NCBI GenBank assembly: GCA_963768305.1
Contig: CAVYHE010000008.1
Location: 1 to 64,000 of the forward strand
Reading direction: 5' to 3'
From: an uncultured bacterium
GTDB taxonomy: Bacteria; Margulisbacteria; WOR-1; CAVSGV01
DNA length: 64,000 nucleotides
In this document: positions 33,222 through 44,224 of the stretch, one piece after another
How positions within the stretch are numbered: the first letter of the stretch is position 1
Layout: each line of letters begins with the position of its first letter
The notes under the pieces: generated by a model
Seen by the model: the letters and a program-made list of their open reading frames with translations, nothing else
What the model was told of the DNA's origin: nothing
Databases searched by the model: none
Translations under genes and position numbers: made by a program

Positions 33222-36020
33222 TTATAACATTTTACTGACAACAGAGACACATCGTTCACAAAGGCCGGAGTGCTCGGCATTCTTCCCGACTGAATCCAGG
33301 TGCATCCAGCATCTTTCGCACTTTTTGCCTTCTGCTTTTTTGACGATAATATTCCTGCTGCCTTTTTCGACAATGAACTCGGAAACAATGAATATGGATG
33401 GCAGCTGAGTTTCCATGCTCTTCATCAGTTGAAAGTCGTTGCCATCAAGGGAAATCTCAACCCTTGCTTCAAGCGGATGACTTATCGATTTTTCAGCCCT
33501 GGCATTTTCGATCGATCTATATACTTCGCTTCTTATCTCCAGCAGCTTATTCCATTTATCCTCAAGCTTTTTGTCAAGATATTTATCATCAACCTCCGGA
33601 AAATCTTCCTCGAAGATTGAATTCTGGGATTTGGGACTTGTTTCGGATCTCGGATCTCCGACCTCGGATCTGTTCATGTGTTTAAATATGTCTTCCGCCG
33701 TGAACGAGAGTATCGGCGCAAAAAGCTTGATCATTATTCGCAATATTTCACTCATTGCGGTCTGTGACGACCTGCGCAGACGCCCGTTCCTGCTCTCGCA
33801 ATAAAGCCGGTCCTTAATGATATCAAAATACAGGGAGCTCAGGTCATTAACGCAGAATTGGTGGATCGAGTGAAAAACAAGATGGAACTCGAATTCATCA
33901 TAAGCTTTTCGCGCCCGCTCAATGAGCCTGTGGGCCCGCAGCATCGCCCACTTATCTATCTCTTCCATATCATTGTATGCGACCGCATTTTTTGCCGGGT
34001 CAAGATCATTCAAATTGCTTATCAGGAATCTGCATGTATTGCGGATCTTGGAGAACGCATCGCTGACCTGCTTCAATATTTCCTTGGAAGCGCTCATATC
34101 GTTCCTGAAATCGGCCGAAGCGACCCATAACCGGAGAACATCCGCTCCGAATTCCTTCACGACGACCTGAGGATCAACGACATTTCCCACGGATTTGCTC
34201 ATTTTTTTCCCCGTATCATCCACTGTGAACCCGTGGGTCAGCACGGCTTTATATGGCGCCTTTTCCTCCGCGCCGACAGCTGTTAAAAGCGAGGACTGGA
34301 ACCAGCCCCTGTGCTGGTCGCTGCCTTCCAGGTACAGGTCAGCAGGCCATGAAAGTTCTTTCTTTTCTTTTAATACCGACCAATGTGAAGCTCCGGATTC
34401 GAACCAGACATCCAGTATGTCGGTCTCTTTTTCAAAATCTTTTCCGCCGCAGTCGCCGCACTTGAGGCCTTTCGCTATATCATTCGCTCCCATCTCGAAC
34501 CACGCATTCGATCCTTTGGCCCTGAAAAGGTCAACGATCGCTTTGTTGAAATCGCCTTTATACTGCGGCTTCCCGCATTTCTTGCAGTAAAGAGCCGGTA
34601 TCGGCACGCCCCAGTAGCGCTGACGTGAAATGCACCAGTCGGGGCGCTGGGTCACCATTCCCCTTATCCTGCTCTCTCCCCATGCCGGATACCATTTTGT
34701 TTCGCCGATAGCTTTCAGCGCCTTTGCCCTGAGCTCGTTCTTGTCGATCGAGATGAACCACTGCTCGGTGGCCCTGAATATGACGGGTTTCCTGCATCTC
34801 CAGCAGTGAGGATAGCTGTGTTTCACGGTTTCGGCTAAAAGAAGTGAACCGTCCCGCTGCATATCGGCAACTATCAGGTCGTTCGCTTCATCATACCGCT
34901 TGCCTTCATACCTGCCCGCTTCCTTCGTGAAATATCCTTTCCCGTCCACCGGCATTACGATCGGTAATTTATATTTGAGCCCGACCTGGTAGTCTTCCTC
35001 GCCGTGTCCGGGAGCGATGTGGACAAGCCCTGTCCCCTGCTCCAGCGTAACGTAATCATCCAGGACTATCGGCACATCCCTGTCCATGAACGGATGGCGG
35101 CAGATTATTCCTTCAAGTATTTTGCCTTTGAATTTTCCGGCCATCTGAAATTCCTTGATGCCGAGTTTCTTGACCAAACTTTCGAGCGATCCTTCAGCCA
35201 CGACCAATATTTCATTTCCTACCGATATCGCGGCGTATTCGTGTTCCGGATGAGCAGCAATGGCAACGTTCGCGGGAAGCGTCCAAGGAGTCGTGGTCCA
35301 TACTACAAAATATGAATCCCCCGTAAGGACATCCTGAAGCTGGCGGAATTCGGGGCTTTTTGATTCAATGGATTTAACTTTGAATTTCACATAGACCGAA
35401 ACCGAATCATCATCCTGATACTCAATTTCGGCTTCCGCTAATGCAGTTTCATCCACCGGGCACCAGTGGATAGGCTTAAGGCCCCTGTAAACAAAGCCCT
35501 TTTCAGCGAGGATGCCAAAAAGCTTCGCTATCCCGCTTTCATAATCATATTTGATCGTCAGATAAGGATCGTTCCAGTCCCCGACGCAGCCCAGGCGCTT
35601 GAATTCCTCGCGCTGGACATCCACATATTTCAATGCGTATTCCTGGCATTTTTTCCTGAACTCAAGCGCGTCCATCGCTTTCCTTTTCAGTCCGAGTTCC
35701 TTTATCATCTGGGTCTCTATCGGAAGCCCGTGGCAGTCCCATCCGGGAATGAACGGAGAATAATATCCGGCCATTGACTTGTATTTAACGACAATGTCTT
35801 TCAGTATTTTGTTGAGGGCGTGCCCGAGGTGGATATCGCCGTTGGGATAAGGGGGGCCGTCATGAAGAATGAACTTCTTTTTGTCCCTGTGTTTTTCCTT
35901 CATTCGGCCGTAAACTTTTTCTTTGTCCCAAAAAGCCAACAGCTCAGGCTCGAGCTTCGCATGGTTGGCCTTTATAGGGAAATCCGTCTTCGGAAGATTT
36001 AAGGTGTTCTTATATTCCAT
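33222..36020 (-). CDS. ileS: Isoleucyl-tRNA synthetase
   Basis: HLGH, GWDCHGLP, WCISRQR, KMSKS, C-terminal CERCW. Confidence 0.97.
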   Translation of the reverse strand: MEYKNTLNLPKTDFPIKANHAKLEPELLAFWDKEKVYGRMKEKHRDKKKFILHDGPPYPNGDIHLGHALNKILKDIVVKYKSMAGYYSPFIPGWDCHGLPIETQMIKELGLKRKAMDALEFRKKCQEYALKYVDVQREEFKRLGCVGDWNDPYLTIKYDYESGIAKLFGILAEKGFVYRGLKPIHWCPVDETALAEAEIEYQDDDSVSVYVKFKVKSIESKSPEFRQLQDVLTGDSYFVVWTTTPWTLPANVAIAAHPEHEYAAISVGNEILVVAEGSLESLVKKLGIKEFQMAGKFKGKILEGIICRHPFMDRDVPIVLDDYVTLEQGTGLVHIAPGHGEEDYQVGLKYKLPIVMPVDGKGYFTKEAGRYEGKRYDEANDLIVADMQRDGSLLLAETVKHSYPHCWRCRKPVIFRATEQWFISIDKNELRAKALKAIGETKWYPAWGESRIRGMVTQRPDWCISRQRYWGVPIPALYCKKCGKPQYKGDFNKAIVDLFRAKGSNAWFEMGANDIAKGLKCGDCGGKDFEKETDILDVWFESGASHWSVLKEKKELSWPADLYLEGSDQHRGWFQSSLLTAVGAEEKAPYKAVLTHGFTVDDTGKKMSKSVGNVVDPQVVVKEFGADVLRLWVASADFRNDMSASKEILKQVSDAFSKIRNTCRFLISNLNDLDPAKNAVAYNDMEEIDKWAMLRAHRLIERARKAYDEFEFHLVFHSIHQFCVNDLSSLYFDIIKDRLYCESRNGRLRRSSQTAMSEILRIMIKLFAPILSFTAEDIFKHMNRSEVGDPRSETSPKSQNSIFEEDFPEVDDKYLDKKLEDKWNKLLEIRSEVYRSIENARAEKSISHPLEARVEISLDGNDFQLMKSMETQLPSIFIVSEFIVEKGSRNIIVKKAEGKKCERCWMHLDSVGKNAEHSGLCERCVSVVSKML

Positions 36021-36023
36021 AAG

Positions 36024-38453
36024 CTATGAAAGCATCGGTCCTTCTATTGAAGGCGGATACTTGGGCGGGGCGCTTTTTCTTTTTACAGGCTCGGGCTTCT
36101 TTGCCAATGCGACAGGAAAGACCTCGTCAATCTCTTTTACCAGATGGAATTTGATATCGAGCGGTATCTCCTGCTTTATCTCATCCAGATCTTTTTTGTT
36201 CTCTTCAGGCAGTATCACGTCAGTGATCCCCGCCCTTCTCGCGGCCAGGAGCTTCTCTTTTAATCCGCCGATCGGAAGCACCTTGCCGAGAAGTGTTATC
36301 TCACCTGTCATCGCAACATCATGCCTGATCGGTATCTGTGTTAGGGCTGATGCAAGTGCCGTAGCAATGGTTATCCCGGCGGAAGGGCCGTCCTTCGGCA
36401 CAGCGCCTTCCGGCACGTGAATATGTATATCCGTCTTCCTGTAAAAGTCCTCATCAATTCCCAGAGCATCCGCGCGGGACCTTATACAGCTCAACGCCGC
36501 CTTCGCGGATTCCTGCATTACATCTCCAAGCTGCCCTGTCAATGTCAGGTTCCCGCGCCCTTTCATTATGGAGACTTCTATAGGAACAGTATCGCCGCCA
36601 ACTTCGGTCCAAACCAGGCCGGTAGCCGCCCCGATCTGATCTTTTTCTTCGGCAACGCCGAACCTGTATTTTGGTGCGCCCAGGTATTCATGGAGGTCGC
36701 TGGCTTTCACGACCACTTTGCCTTCCTTTTTCTTCCTGACGAACACCGTCGCTATTTTGCGCATTATAGTCGCAATTGTGCGCTCCACCGATCTGACCCC
36801 GGCTTCCTTGGTGTATTCCCGTAATATCGATATTAGCGCGTCTTCCTTGAATTCGATCTGATCGCTCTTCAGGCCGTGGTTCTTCAGCTCTTTCGGAACA
36901 AGGAATCCTTTTACTATCCCCAGTTTTTCCTCTTCCGTATATCCGGACATTTCGATGATCTCCATCCTGTCCCTTAGCGGCCTTGGTATGGGATCCGCCG
37001 TGTTCGCGGTCGTGATGAAAAAAACATCCGAAAGATCGAATGCGGTCTCCAGATAATGGTCGCTGAAAGTCTTGTTCTGCTCGGGATCAAGCACTTCCAG
37101 CAGTGCGGCGCCGGGATCGCCCCGGAAGTCAGTACCGAGCTTGTCTATCTCATCTAAAAGAAAGACTGGGTTGGAAACACCGACCTTACTGATCGATTGT
37201 ATGATCCTTCCGGGAAGTGAGCCGACATACGTTCTCCTGTGGCCGCGAATTTCCGCTTCATCCCTCATGCCGCCAAGAGATACCCTGGTGAATTTTCTTC
37301 CCATCGCCCTGGCGATGGATGAAGCGATAGATGTCTTGCCGACGCCAGGAGGTCCGATGAGACAGAGGATCGTCCCGCCTATCTTCCCGGTAAGCTGCAG
37401 GACAGCGAAATATTCAAGGATCCTTTCCTTCACTTTTTTGAGGCCGTAATGGTCTTCATTAAGGATCTTTTCCACTTCCGCCATGTCAAGCTTGCTCTTT
37501 GTCTTTTTATGCCAGGGAAGGTCTATCAGCCAGTCAAGATATGTGCGGATCACCGTCGCTTCCGCTGCCATTGACGGCATTTTTGAAAGCCTTTCCAGCT
37601 CTTTGTCCGCTTTTTCCTTGACTTCGGGAGGCAGTTTTGCCTTCAGTATTTTTTTCCTGTATTCTCCTATCTCGGGAGGCGCGCCTTCCTCCTCCTCACC
37701 AAGCTCATCCTGGATCGCGCGCAGCTTCTCCTTAAGATAATATTCTTTCTGGACCTTCTCTATCTGACGCCTCACCTTCCCCTGAAGCTTCTTTTCAACC
37801 TCCAGGACCTCTATTTCCTTGTCCAGGAAATGGGAAAGTTTTTTCAGCCTCTGCTGGACCGTTATGGCTTCAAGGATGGACTGTTTTTCATCCACCTTAA
37901 GCGTGAGATATGAGGCGATAAGGTCGGCAAGCCGGCCGGGATTATCTATGTTGATTATGGACATCAAAGTTTCCGGAGGGATCCTCTTGTTCAATTTAAC
38001 GTATTTTTCGAACTGCTGGATCACCAATCTGATTGACGCTTCCACTTCCACGGTCATGTCGTCTATTTCGGGGATGCTGGATATTTTCACCTTGAAGAAC
38101 GGCGATTCGGAAACAAAGCCCTCTATCTTAACGCGCGAGACCCCTTCAACAAGGATCTTCGTCGTTCCGTCGGGAAGCGCCTGTATCTGGACCACTTCGG
38201 AAAGCGTGCCGATACCGCAGATGTCGTCCGTATCCGGCTCTTCCACGTCCTCGCTCTTCTGGGAAGCGAAAACCACCATGCGCTCTTTGTTCAACACGCC
38301 TTCCAGCGCTTTCACGGACTTATTCCTCCCGATGAAAAGCGGTACGACCATCTGCGGGAACACGACTATGTTCCTGAGAGGGATGAGCGGAAGGACATCC
38401 TTCCATTCCGAGAATTTTTCAGGATGCTTCTTATCTATCTTTTCTTCAGCCAT
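36024..38453 (-). CDS. lon: Lon protease
   Basis: [16 protein letters not shown]. Confidence 0.97.
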   Translation of the reverse strand: MAEEKIDKKHPEKFSEWKDVLPLIPLRNIVVFPQMVVPLFIGRNKSVKALEGVLNKERMVVFASQKSEDVEEPDTDDICGIGTLSEVVQIQALPDGTTKILVEGVSRVKIEGFVSESPFFKVKISSIPEIDDMTVEVEASIRLVIQQFEKYVKLNKRIPPETLMSIINIDNPGRLADLIASYLTLKVDEKQSILEAITVQQRLKKLSHFLDKEIEVLEVEKKLQGKVRRQIEKVQKEYYLKEKLRAIQDELGEEEEGAPPEIGEYRKKILKAKLPPEVKEKADKELERLSKMPSMAAEATVIRTYLDWLIDLPWHKKTKSKLDMAEVEKILNEDHYGLKKVKERILEYFAVLQLTGKIGGTILCLIGPPGVGKTSIASSIARAMGRKFTRVSLGGMRDEAEIRGHRRTYVGSLPGRIIQSISKVGVSNPVFLLDEIDKLGTDFRGDPGAALLEVLDPEQNKTFSDHYLETAFDLSDVFFITTANTADPIPRPLRDRMEIIEMSGYTEEEKLGIVKGFLVPKELKNHGLKSDQIEFKEDALISILREYTKEAGVRSVERTIATIMRKIATVFVRKKKEGKVVVKASDLHEYLGAPKYRFGVAEEKDQIGAATGLVWTEVGGDTVPIEVSIMKGRGNLTLTGQLGDVMQESAKAALSCIRSRADALGIDEDFYRKTDIHIHVPEGAVPKDGPSAGITIATALASALTQIPIRHDVAMTGEITLLGKVLPIGGLKEKLLAARRAGITDVILPEENKKDLDEIKQEIPLDIKFHLVKEIDEVFPVALAKKPEPVKRKSAPPKYPPSIEGPMLS

Positions 38454-38455
38454 TT

Positions 38456-39684
38456 TTATGCCGCCTTGAGCTGCGTTATTTCGGACCTTCTCATAAGTTT
38501 CTTTATGATCGATTCAGTGATGGTCACCTTGCCCGACCCCGACTTGGACGGCGCCTCGAACATAACGTCCAGCATTATCTCTTCGATGATAGCGCGCAGG
38601 GCCCTGGCGCCTATCTTGCGCTTAAGAGCTGCCCTTGCTATAAGCTTAAGAGCGGGATCTGTGAATTCCAGTTTCACTCCGTCCATCGCCAGCAGCTTTC
38701 CTGTACTGCTTCACCAGGGCGTTCTTCGGCTCTTTTAATATCCTGATCAAAGCTTTTTCATCAAGCGGGTTAAGGACCGCCACCGCCGGAAGACGGCCGA
38801 TTATTTCGGGGATAAATCCGTATTTAAGAAGATCATCCGGCAGGACATGCTCAAGCACATCAACTCGTATCCTTTCGTTAAGCGTGTCCTCGCCCTTGAA
38901 CCCTATCCTTCCCTTTCCTATGCGCCGCTCGATAATGTTCTCAAGACCGTGGAAAGCGCCGCCTGCGATAAAAAGTATGTTCGTGGTGTCAAGCTGGATG
39001 AATTCCTGCTGAGGATGTTTTCTCCCGCCCTGCGGAGGGACATTTGCGACAGTACCTTCAAGCAGCTTAAGAAGCGCCTGTTGGACACCTTCTCCCGAAA
39101 CATCCCTTGTGATGGAAGGATTCTCGGATTTTCTGGATATCTTATCGATCTCATCCAGATAAATAATGCCTCGCGAAGCTTTGACCGGATCATAATCGCT
39201 TACCTGAAGTAATCTGGTCAGCACGGATTCCACATCCTCGCCAACATATCCCGCTTCGGTCAAAGTAGTGGCATCTGCGATGGCGAACGGGACGTTCAAT
39301 ATTTTTGCGAGCGTTTGCGCAAGAAGCGTTTTTCCGGAGCCGCTCGGCCCGATCAAGAGGATGTTGCTCTTCTGTATCTCCGTATCATCTTCCCTGGAAG
39401 ATTTGATCGCCTCTTTTATAATGATTGTAGACTGCGACCGAGAGGACTTTTTTCGCCTTATCCTGTCCGATAACATACTGGTTCAGCATCTCGAACATAT
39501 CTTTCGGCTTTGGGACCTTTGATATGCCTCCTGTTTCGGGGCGCTCTTGCTTTTTTCCTCCGCGGCCATTTCCAGGCATATCTTCGCGCACTGGTCGCAA
39601 ATGTGGGCGTTAGGCCCCGCTATGAGGCGCCTGTCCGGGCCCTTCCGGTTTCCCGCAAAAAGCGCAGATTATCTGATCGTCCAT
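38456..39684 (-). CDS. clpX: ClpX ATPase (frameshifted)
   Basis: CAFCGK zinc domain, [34 protein letters not shown]. Confidence 0.93.
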
Positions 39685-39687
39685 TAA

Positions 39688-40320
39688 CTATCCTTTCGTT
39701 GACTTACCGGGCTTTATGATGCCTTTTTTGGTTTCAATGACCTCGTCGACGATCCCGTATTCCACTGCCTCCGCCGCGGACATATAAAAATCCCTGTCAG
39801 TGTCTTTCTCCACCTTGGAAAGCGGCTGGCCCGAATGCTTTGCAAGCATTTCATTGAGCAGTTTTTTCATCCTTAATATTTCTTTTGTCTGGATCTCTAT
39901 GTCGGTGGCCTGGCCCTGCGCGCCTCCGAGCGGCTGGTGGATCATTATGCGCGCGTTCGGAAGGGCGAATCTCTTTCCTTTTGAACCGGCCGCCAGGAGC
40001 ATTGCGCCCATGCTTGCCGCCTGGCCTATGCAAATGGTGGTGACCGGCGATTTCAGGTACTGCATCGTATCGTAGACGGCAAGCCCTGCCGTCACGACCC
40101 CTCCGGGGCTGTTGATATACATATTTATGTCCTTTTCATTGTCCTCCGATTCCAGGAACAGCATCTGGGCGATGATAAGGTTCGCTATCTCATCATCCAT
40201 CGGGGTCCCGATAAAGATTATCCTTTCTTTCAGTAATCTTGAAAATATATCATAGGCCCTCTCTCCCCTGCCGGACTGTTCAATGACCATCGGTATCACG
40301 TTTTGCCCTGTTTCTCTCAT
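39688..40320 (-). CDS. clpP: ClpP protease
   Basis: YINSPGG, GQAASMG, MIHQP. Confidence 0.97.
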   Translation of the reverse strand: MRETGQNVIPMVIEQSGRGERAYDIFSRLLKERIIFIGTPMDDEIANLIIAQMLFLESEDNEKDINMYINSPGGVVTAGLAVYDTMQYLKSPVTTICIGQAASMGAMLLAAGSKGKRFALPNARIMIHQPLGGAQGQATDIEIQTKEILRMKKLLNEMLAKHSGQPLSKVEKDTDRDFYMSAAEAVEYGIVDEVIETKKGIIKPGKSTKG

Positions 40321-40387
40321 AAAATTACCTCCTTATTCTCTCCCCAGATTTTCATGGATCATAATCTACTACAACACCAGCTTCGCT

Positions 40388-40423
40388 TCCCTCTCCTTAC
40401 AAAGGAGAGGGGTTGGGGGTGAG
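40388..40423 (-). repeat. REP-like palindrome / possible terminator after tig
   Basis: CTCACCCCCAACCCCTCTCCTT-TGT-AAGGAGAGGG. Confidence 0.55.
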
Positions 40424-40424
40424 A

Positions 40425-41450
40425 TTACCCTTCCACTTTAGCTTTTGAAATCACAAAGTCAATCGCTTTTTCCCTTGATAGATATTCTTTGATCGAATTG
40501 AGCATATCTTCGGTCGCTTCCTTTTTGAAGTCTTCTGCCGTTCTTCCGTAATGCTGGGCAAGCAGTTCCATCTCTTTATCAATATCGTTTTGCTCCACTT
40601 CAAGTTTTTCTTTTTCAACGATATATTCAAGGGCCAGTTTTGCCTTCAACCGCACTTCCGCACTGGGCTTCATTTCATCCCTCAGTTTGCCCATATCCTT
40701 TTTTACCGCTGAAAGATAAGAGGCGACCGTCATCCTGTTCCTTTCAAGCGAAGCTTCCAGGTCGTGCATCATTGAGTCTATTTCGCGCTCGAACATTCCG
40801 CCGGGGATATCGCCTTCCACAAGCTCAGACAATTTTTTTGTGACACTATCCCTTTCAGCGATCTCCGCTTCTCTTTCTTTTCTTCATGCAGGTTCGCCAT
40901 GATAAGATCTTTCAGCTCCTGCAGTGAGTTTGTTTGGCTCACTTTTTTCGCGAATTCATCATCCACGCACAAGCTCGCTTTCAGGAATATTCATTTGTTT
41001 TGAGTAGTTTTGTTTTATGTATCCTATGGTCTTATCTATGTCAGCGTCCGTGACTTCCGTGGAACGTTTTTCAAGCGCAAGTTTCTTGTAATTGCCAAGC
41101 TTGATCTCAGGATAAACGTCCACTTTAACGGTGAAAATAATAGGTGATGTTTTATCAAGCTTTTTCAGCTCTACTCCCGGATAATCTACCGGTTTGATGC
41201 CTGAAGCGTTTACGATGTCAGGATATATATCTGAGAAAAGGAATTGTACCGCCCTGTCAATGACGGCTTCCTCATGGATATACTTCTTTAACAGGCCGGC
41301 AGGGACTTTCCCCAGCCTGAACCCGGGGACATTAACTTCCCTGGAAGCTTCCGTGTAAGCTTTCTCTATCTTCGGCTCAAGCTTTGAATATTCCTCTTCA
41401 ATTTCAAGCGTTACTTGATTCCCCAATTTTTCCTGTTTCAGTATTTTCAA
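40425..41450 (-). CDS. tig: Trigger factor, short (~340 aa), frameshifted
   Basis: VPGFRLGKVP, DDEFAKKV, C-domain; upstream of clpP-clpX-lon. Confidence 0.9.
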
Positions 41451-41564
41451 TTATTTGCCTTTCTTTCCGGCTTCTTAACCCTTACACCTAACCCTTAACC
41501 ATTAAATCAAATATTCTTTCAAGTTTGGGCCCCTCCGAAACGGCTTTCCTCCCAAACTTGAAAG

Positions 41565-41639
41565 GGTGGACGATCGGACTTGAACCGACAACCACCAGAT
41601 CCACAATCTGGTGCTCTAACCAATTGAGCTACGCCCACC
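41565..41639 (-). tRNA. tRNA-His(GTG)
   Basis: CCAGA-TT-GTG-GA-TCTGG; G-1. Confidence 0.95.
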
Positions 41640-41646
41640 ATAAACT

Positions 41647-41720
41647 CGGGCCTGACAGGATTCGAACCTGCGACCGACGGATTAGAAATCCGTTGCTCTA
41701 TCCAGCTGAGCTACAGGCCC
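41647..41720 (-). tRNA. tRNA-Arg(TCT)
   Basis: ACGGA-TT-TCT-AA-TCCGT. Confidence 0.95.
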
Positions 41721-41729
41721 AAACTTCAA

Positions 41730-41801
41730 AGCGGGAGACGGGATTCGAACCCGCGACCTCCTGCTTGGAAGGCAGGAGCTCTACCACTGAGCTACTCCCG
41801 C
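41730..41801 (-). tRNA. tRNA-Gly(TCC)
   Basis: CCTGC-CT-TCC-AA-GCAGG. Confidence 0.95.
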
Positions 41802-41816
41802 AAATTAATCAACTCA

Positions 41817-41898
41817 TGCCGCGGAGAGGAGTCGAACCTCTATGCCTTTCGGCACAAGATCCTAAGTCTTGCGTGTCTGCCAATTTCACCACCGCGGC
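41817..41898 (-). tRNA. tRNA-Leu(TAG)
   Basis: CAAGA-CT-TAG-GA-TCTTG; long variable arm. Confidence 0.95.
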
Positions 41899-41923
41899 AT
41901 TCGAATGATCCCTAAACTTAATA

Positions 41924-41968
41924 CTGCCAACCTGCCCCGCGTGTATCGCGGGGTTTCGCCACCTCGGC
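41924..41968 (-). pseudogene. tRNA-Leu 5' fragment with palindromic insertion in the D-loop
   Basis: GCCGAGGTGGCGAAA-[CCCCGCG-ATACA-CGCGGGG-CAGG]-TTGGCAG versus neighbouring GCCGCGGTGGTGAAATTGGCAG. Confidence 0.65.
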
Positions 41969-41977
41969 CCGTCTTTT

Positions 41978-42050
41978 TGCACCGCAGAGGAATCGAACCT
42001 CTAACCTTGGCATTAAGAGTGCCCTGCTCTGCCAATTGAGCTAGCGGTGC
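41978..42050 (-). tRNA. tRNA-Lys(CTT)
   Basis: GGCA-CT-CTT-AA-TGCC. Confidence 0.92.
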
Positions 42051-42064
42051 AAAAAATCGAACAA

Positions 42065-42139
42065 TCGGGGCGGCCGGATTTGAACCGACGACCTCCTGCG
42101 CCCAAGGCAGGCGCTCTAGCCAAGCTGAGCCACGCCCCG
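42065..42139 (-). tRNA. tRNA-Pro(TGG)
   Basis: CCTGC-CT-TGG-GC-GCAGG. Confidence 0.95.
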
Positions 42140-42150
42140 CAACAAATAAC

Positions 42151-42224
42151 CGCGCCCGATAGGACTTGAACCTACAACCTTCTCCTTCGAAGGGAGCCGC
42201 TCTATCCAATTGAGCTACGGGCGC
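42151..42224 (-). tRNA. tRNA-Arg(TCG)
   Basis: CTCC-CT-TCG-AA-GGAG. Confidence 0.92.
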
Positions 42225-42244
42225 ACGAAAAGGCAAAATTTAAA

Positions 42245-42317
42245 AGCGGGAGACGGGTCTCGAACCCGCGACCTTTTGCTTGGCAAGCAAATGCTCTACC
42301 AACTGAGCTACTCCCGC
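42245..42317 (-). tRNA. tRNA-Gly(GCC)
   Basis: TTTGC-TT-GCC-AA-GCAAA. Confidence 0.95.
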
Positions 42318-42333
42318 AAAATACCCGTGGGGA

Positions 42334-42927
42334 TTATATCATTTTTGCCAGTATAACAGCAACTTTTCTAAGGGCTTTTCCTCGGTGGGAGATATTGTTC
42401 TTTAACTTTAACGGCATCTGGGCAAAAGTCATTGAATGACCTTGAGGGACAAAAACAGGATCATATCCGAACCCGTTGCCGCCCTTCATTTTATCGATTA
42501 CTCTCCCGCGGCAGACGCCTTTTGCCAGCCTGATCTTCCTGCCGTCCGCGACAGCCATTACGCACACGAATTTCGCCTTTCTGTTCTTTTTTGACCTCAT
42601 TTCTTTCAGCAATTTCCCGCAAAGCCTTTGAGTTGAAGGGTTTGGGCCGGCATATCTGGCCGATCTGACGCCAGGCCTGCCGTTCAAGGCGTCAACGCAA
42701 AGGCCGGAATCATCGGCAAGGACTGGAGCTTTAAGTCTTTTGGATATCGAAATTGCCTTCTTGATGGCGTTCTCTTCGAAAGTTCTGCCGGTTTCCTTGA
42801 TATTGGGAGTTTTTGGCATGTTGAGTAGAGATAATATATGTAATTTGAGAGGTTTGAGAATGTGTTTGATCTCTCTGACTTTCCCGTTATTCTTTGTGGC
42901 AATGAGCAGAATTTTTTTCATGCGCAT
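42334..42927 (-). CDS. rdgB: dITP/XTP pyrophosphatase
   Basis: ATKNNGK, ADDSGL, GFGYDP, SHRGKA. Confidence 0.95.
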   Translation of the reverse strand: MRMKKILLIATKNNGKVREIKHILKPLKLHILSLLNMPKTPNIKETGRTFEENAIKKAISISKRLKAPVLADDSGLCVDALNGRPGVRSARYAGPNPSTQRLCGKLLKEMRSKKNRKAKFVCVMAVADGRKIRLAKGVCRGRVIDKMKGGNGFGYDPVFVPQGHSMTFAQMPLKLKNNISHRGKALRKVAVILAKMI

Positions 42928-42945
42928 ACCCTTAACTCATAACTC

Positions 42946-44224
42946 TTAACTCTTCTGTATCGCCTTTCTCCCGATATCGCTTCTGTAATGCTTGCCGTCA
43001 AAAGAGATCATGTGGACGACTTGATATGCGCGATCGATAGCTGATTTAATGGTGTCCGCCATAGCTGTGACACCGAGAACTCTTCCGCCGGATGTCACGA
43101 TCTTGCCGTCCTTCATGGCCGTTCCCGCGTGAAAAACGACCGCATCGTCAACGAATTTCGATTCAAATAACCCCGATATTTCTTTTCCTTTTCCGTAAGC
43201 CCCGGGATAACCCTTTGATGCAAGAACAATGCAAACAGCCGCCCTCTCATCCCATTCGATCTTTATCTTATCAAGCTTGCCGTCAAGGATATGTTCAATG
43301 ATATCGATGAGGTCAGTTTTTAACCTCATCATTATCGGCTGGGTCTCCGGATCGCCGAACCGGACATTGAATTCAAGGACTTTCGGCCCTTCCTTCGTTA
43401 TCATTATCCCCGCGTATAAAACTCCGACAAAAGCGGCGCCCTCTTTTCTCATACCGTCGATCATTTTTTTAAAAACATTTTCCTTCACATAATTCAATAT
43501 TTTATCGGTCACGACCGGCGCCGGGCTGTAAGCTCCCATCCCGCCAGTGTTCGGCCCCATGTCATTGTCAAAGATCCTTTTGTGGTCCTGCGCCGACTGC
43601 ATGATAGAAAAATGCTTTCCGTCGGAAAAAGCCAGGATAGAAGCTTCCTCGCCGACCAGGCATTCTTCAATGATTATTTTTGATGACGCTTCCTTGAATT
43701 CATGCTCGCCAAGCATCCTGTGAACGGCTTCTTCCGCTTCTTCCAGTGTCTCTTCGCGACAACAACGCCTTTCCCTGCGGCAAGGCCGTCCGCTTTTACC
43801 ACAACGGAAGAATTAAATGTACGCTAAGATATTCGATGGCGGCCTTTTCATCGGTGAATTCTGTCATAATCGCCGTCGGAACGCCGTATTTTTTCATGAT
43901 CTCTTTCGCGTACGCTTTGCTGCCTTCCAGCTTTGCTGCTGCCTTGGACGGGCCGAATATTTTCAGGCCGTCCTGCTGGAATTCATCCACTATTCCCGCG
44001 GCAAGAGGGGCTTCCGGCCCGACGATGGTGAGATCGATCTTGTTATCGAGGACGAATTTTTTCAGGGCGGGGATATTATCATCTTTAATGTCGATGCACT
44101 CCGCCAGGGCGGCGATCCCGGCATTTCCCGGCGCGCAGAATATCTTATCGACTTTTTTGCTTTGCGACACCTTCCAAACAAGCGCGTGTTCTCTTCCGCC
44201 GCCACCGATGACAAGTACTTTCAT
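42946..44224 (-). CDS. purD: Phosphoribosylamine-glycine ligase (frameshifts ~43750-43810)
   Basis: GGGGREHA, LEGSK, GPNTGGMG, EFNVRFGDPE. Confidence 0.95.

Noticed and set aside
41525..42236. ORFs across the tRNA cluster
   Set aside because: Spurious translations of tRNA genes.
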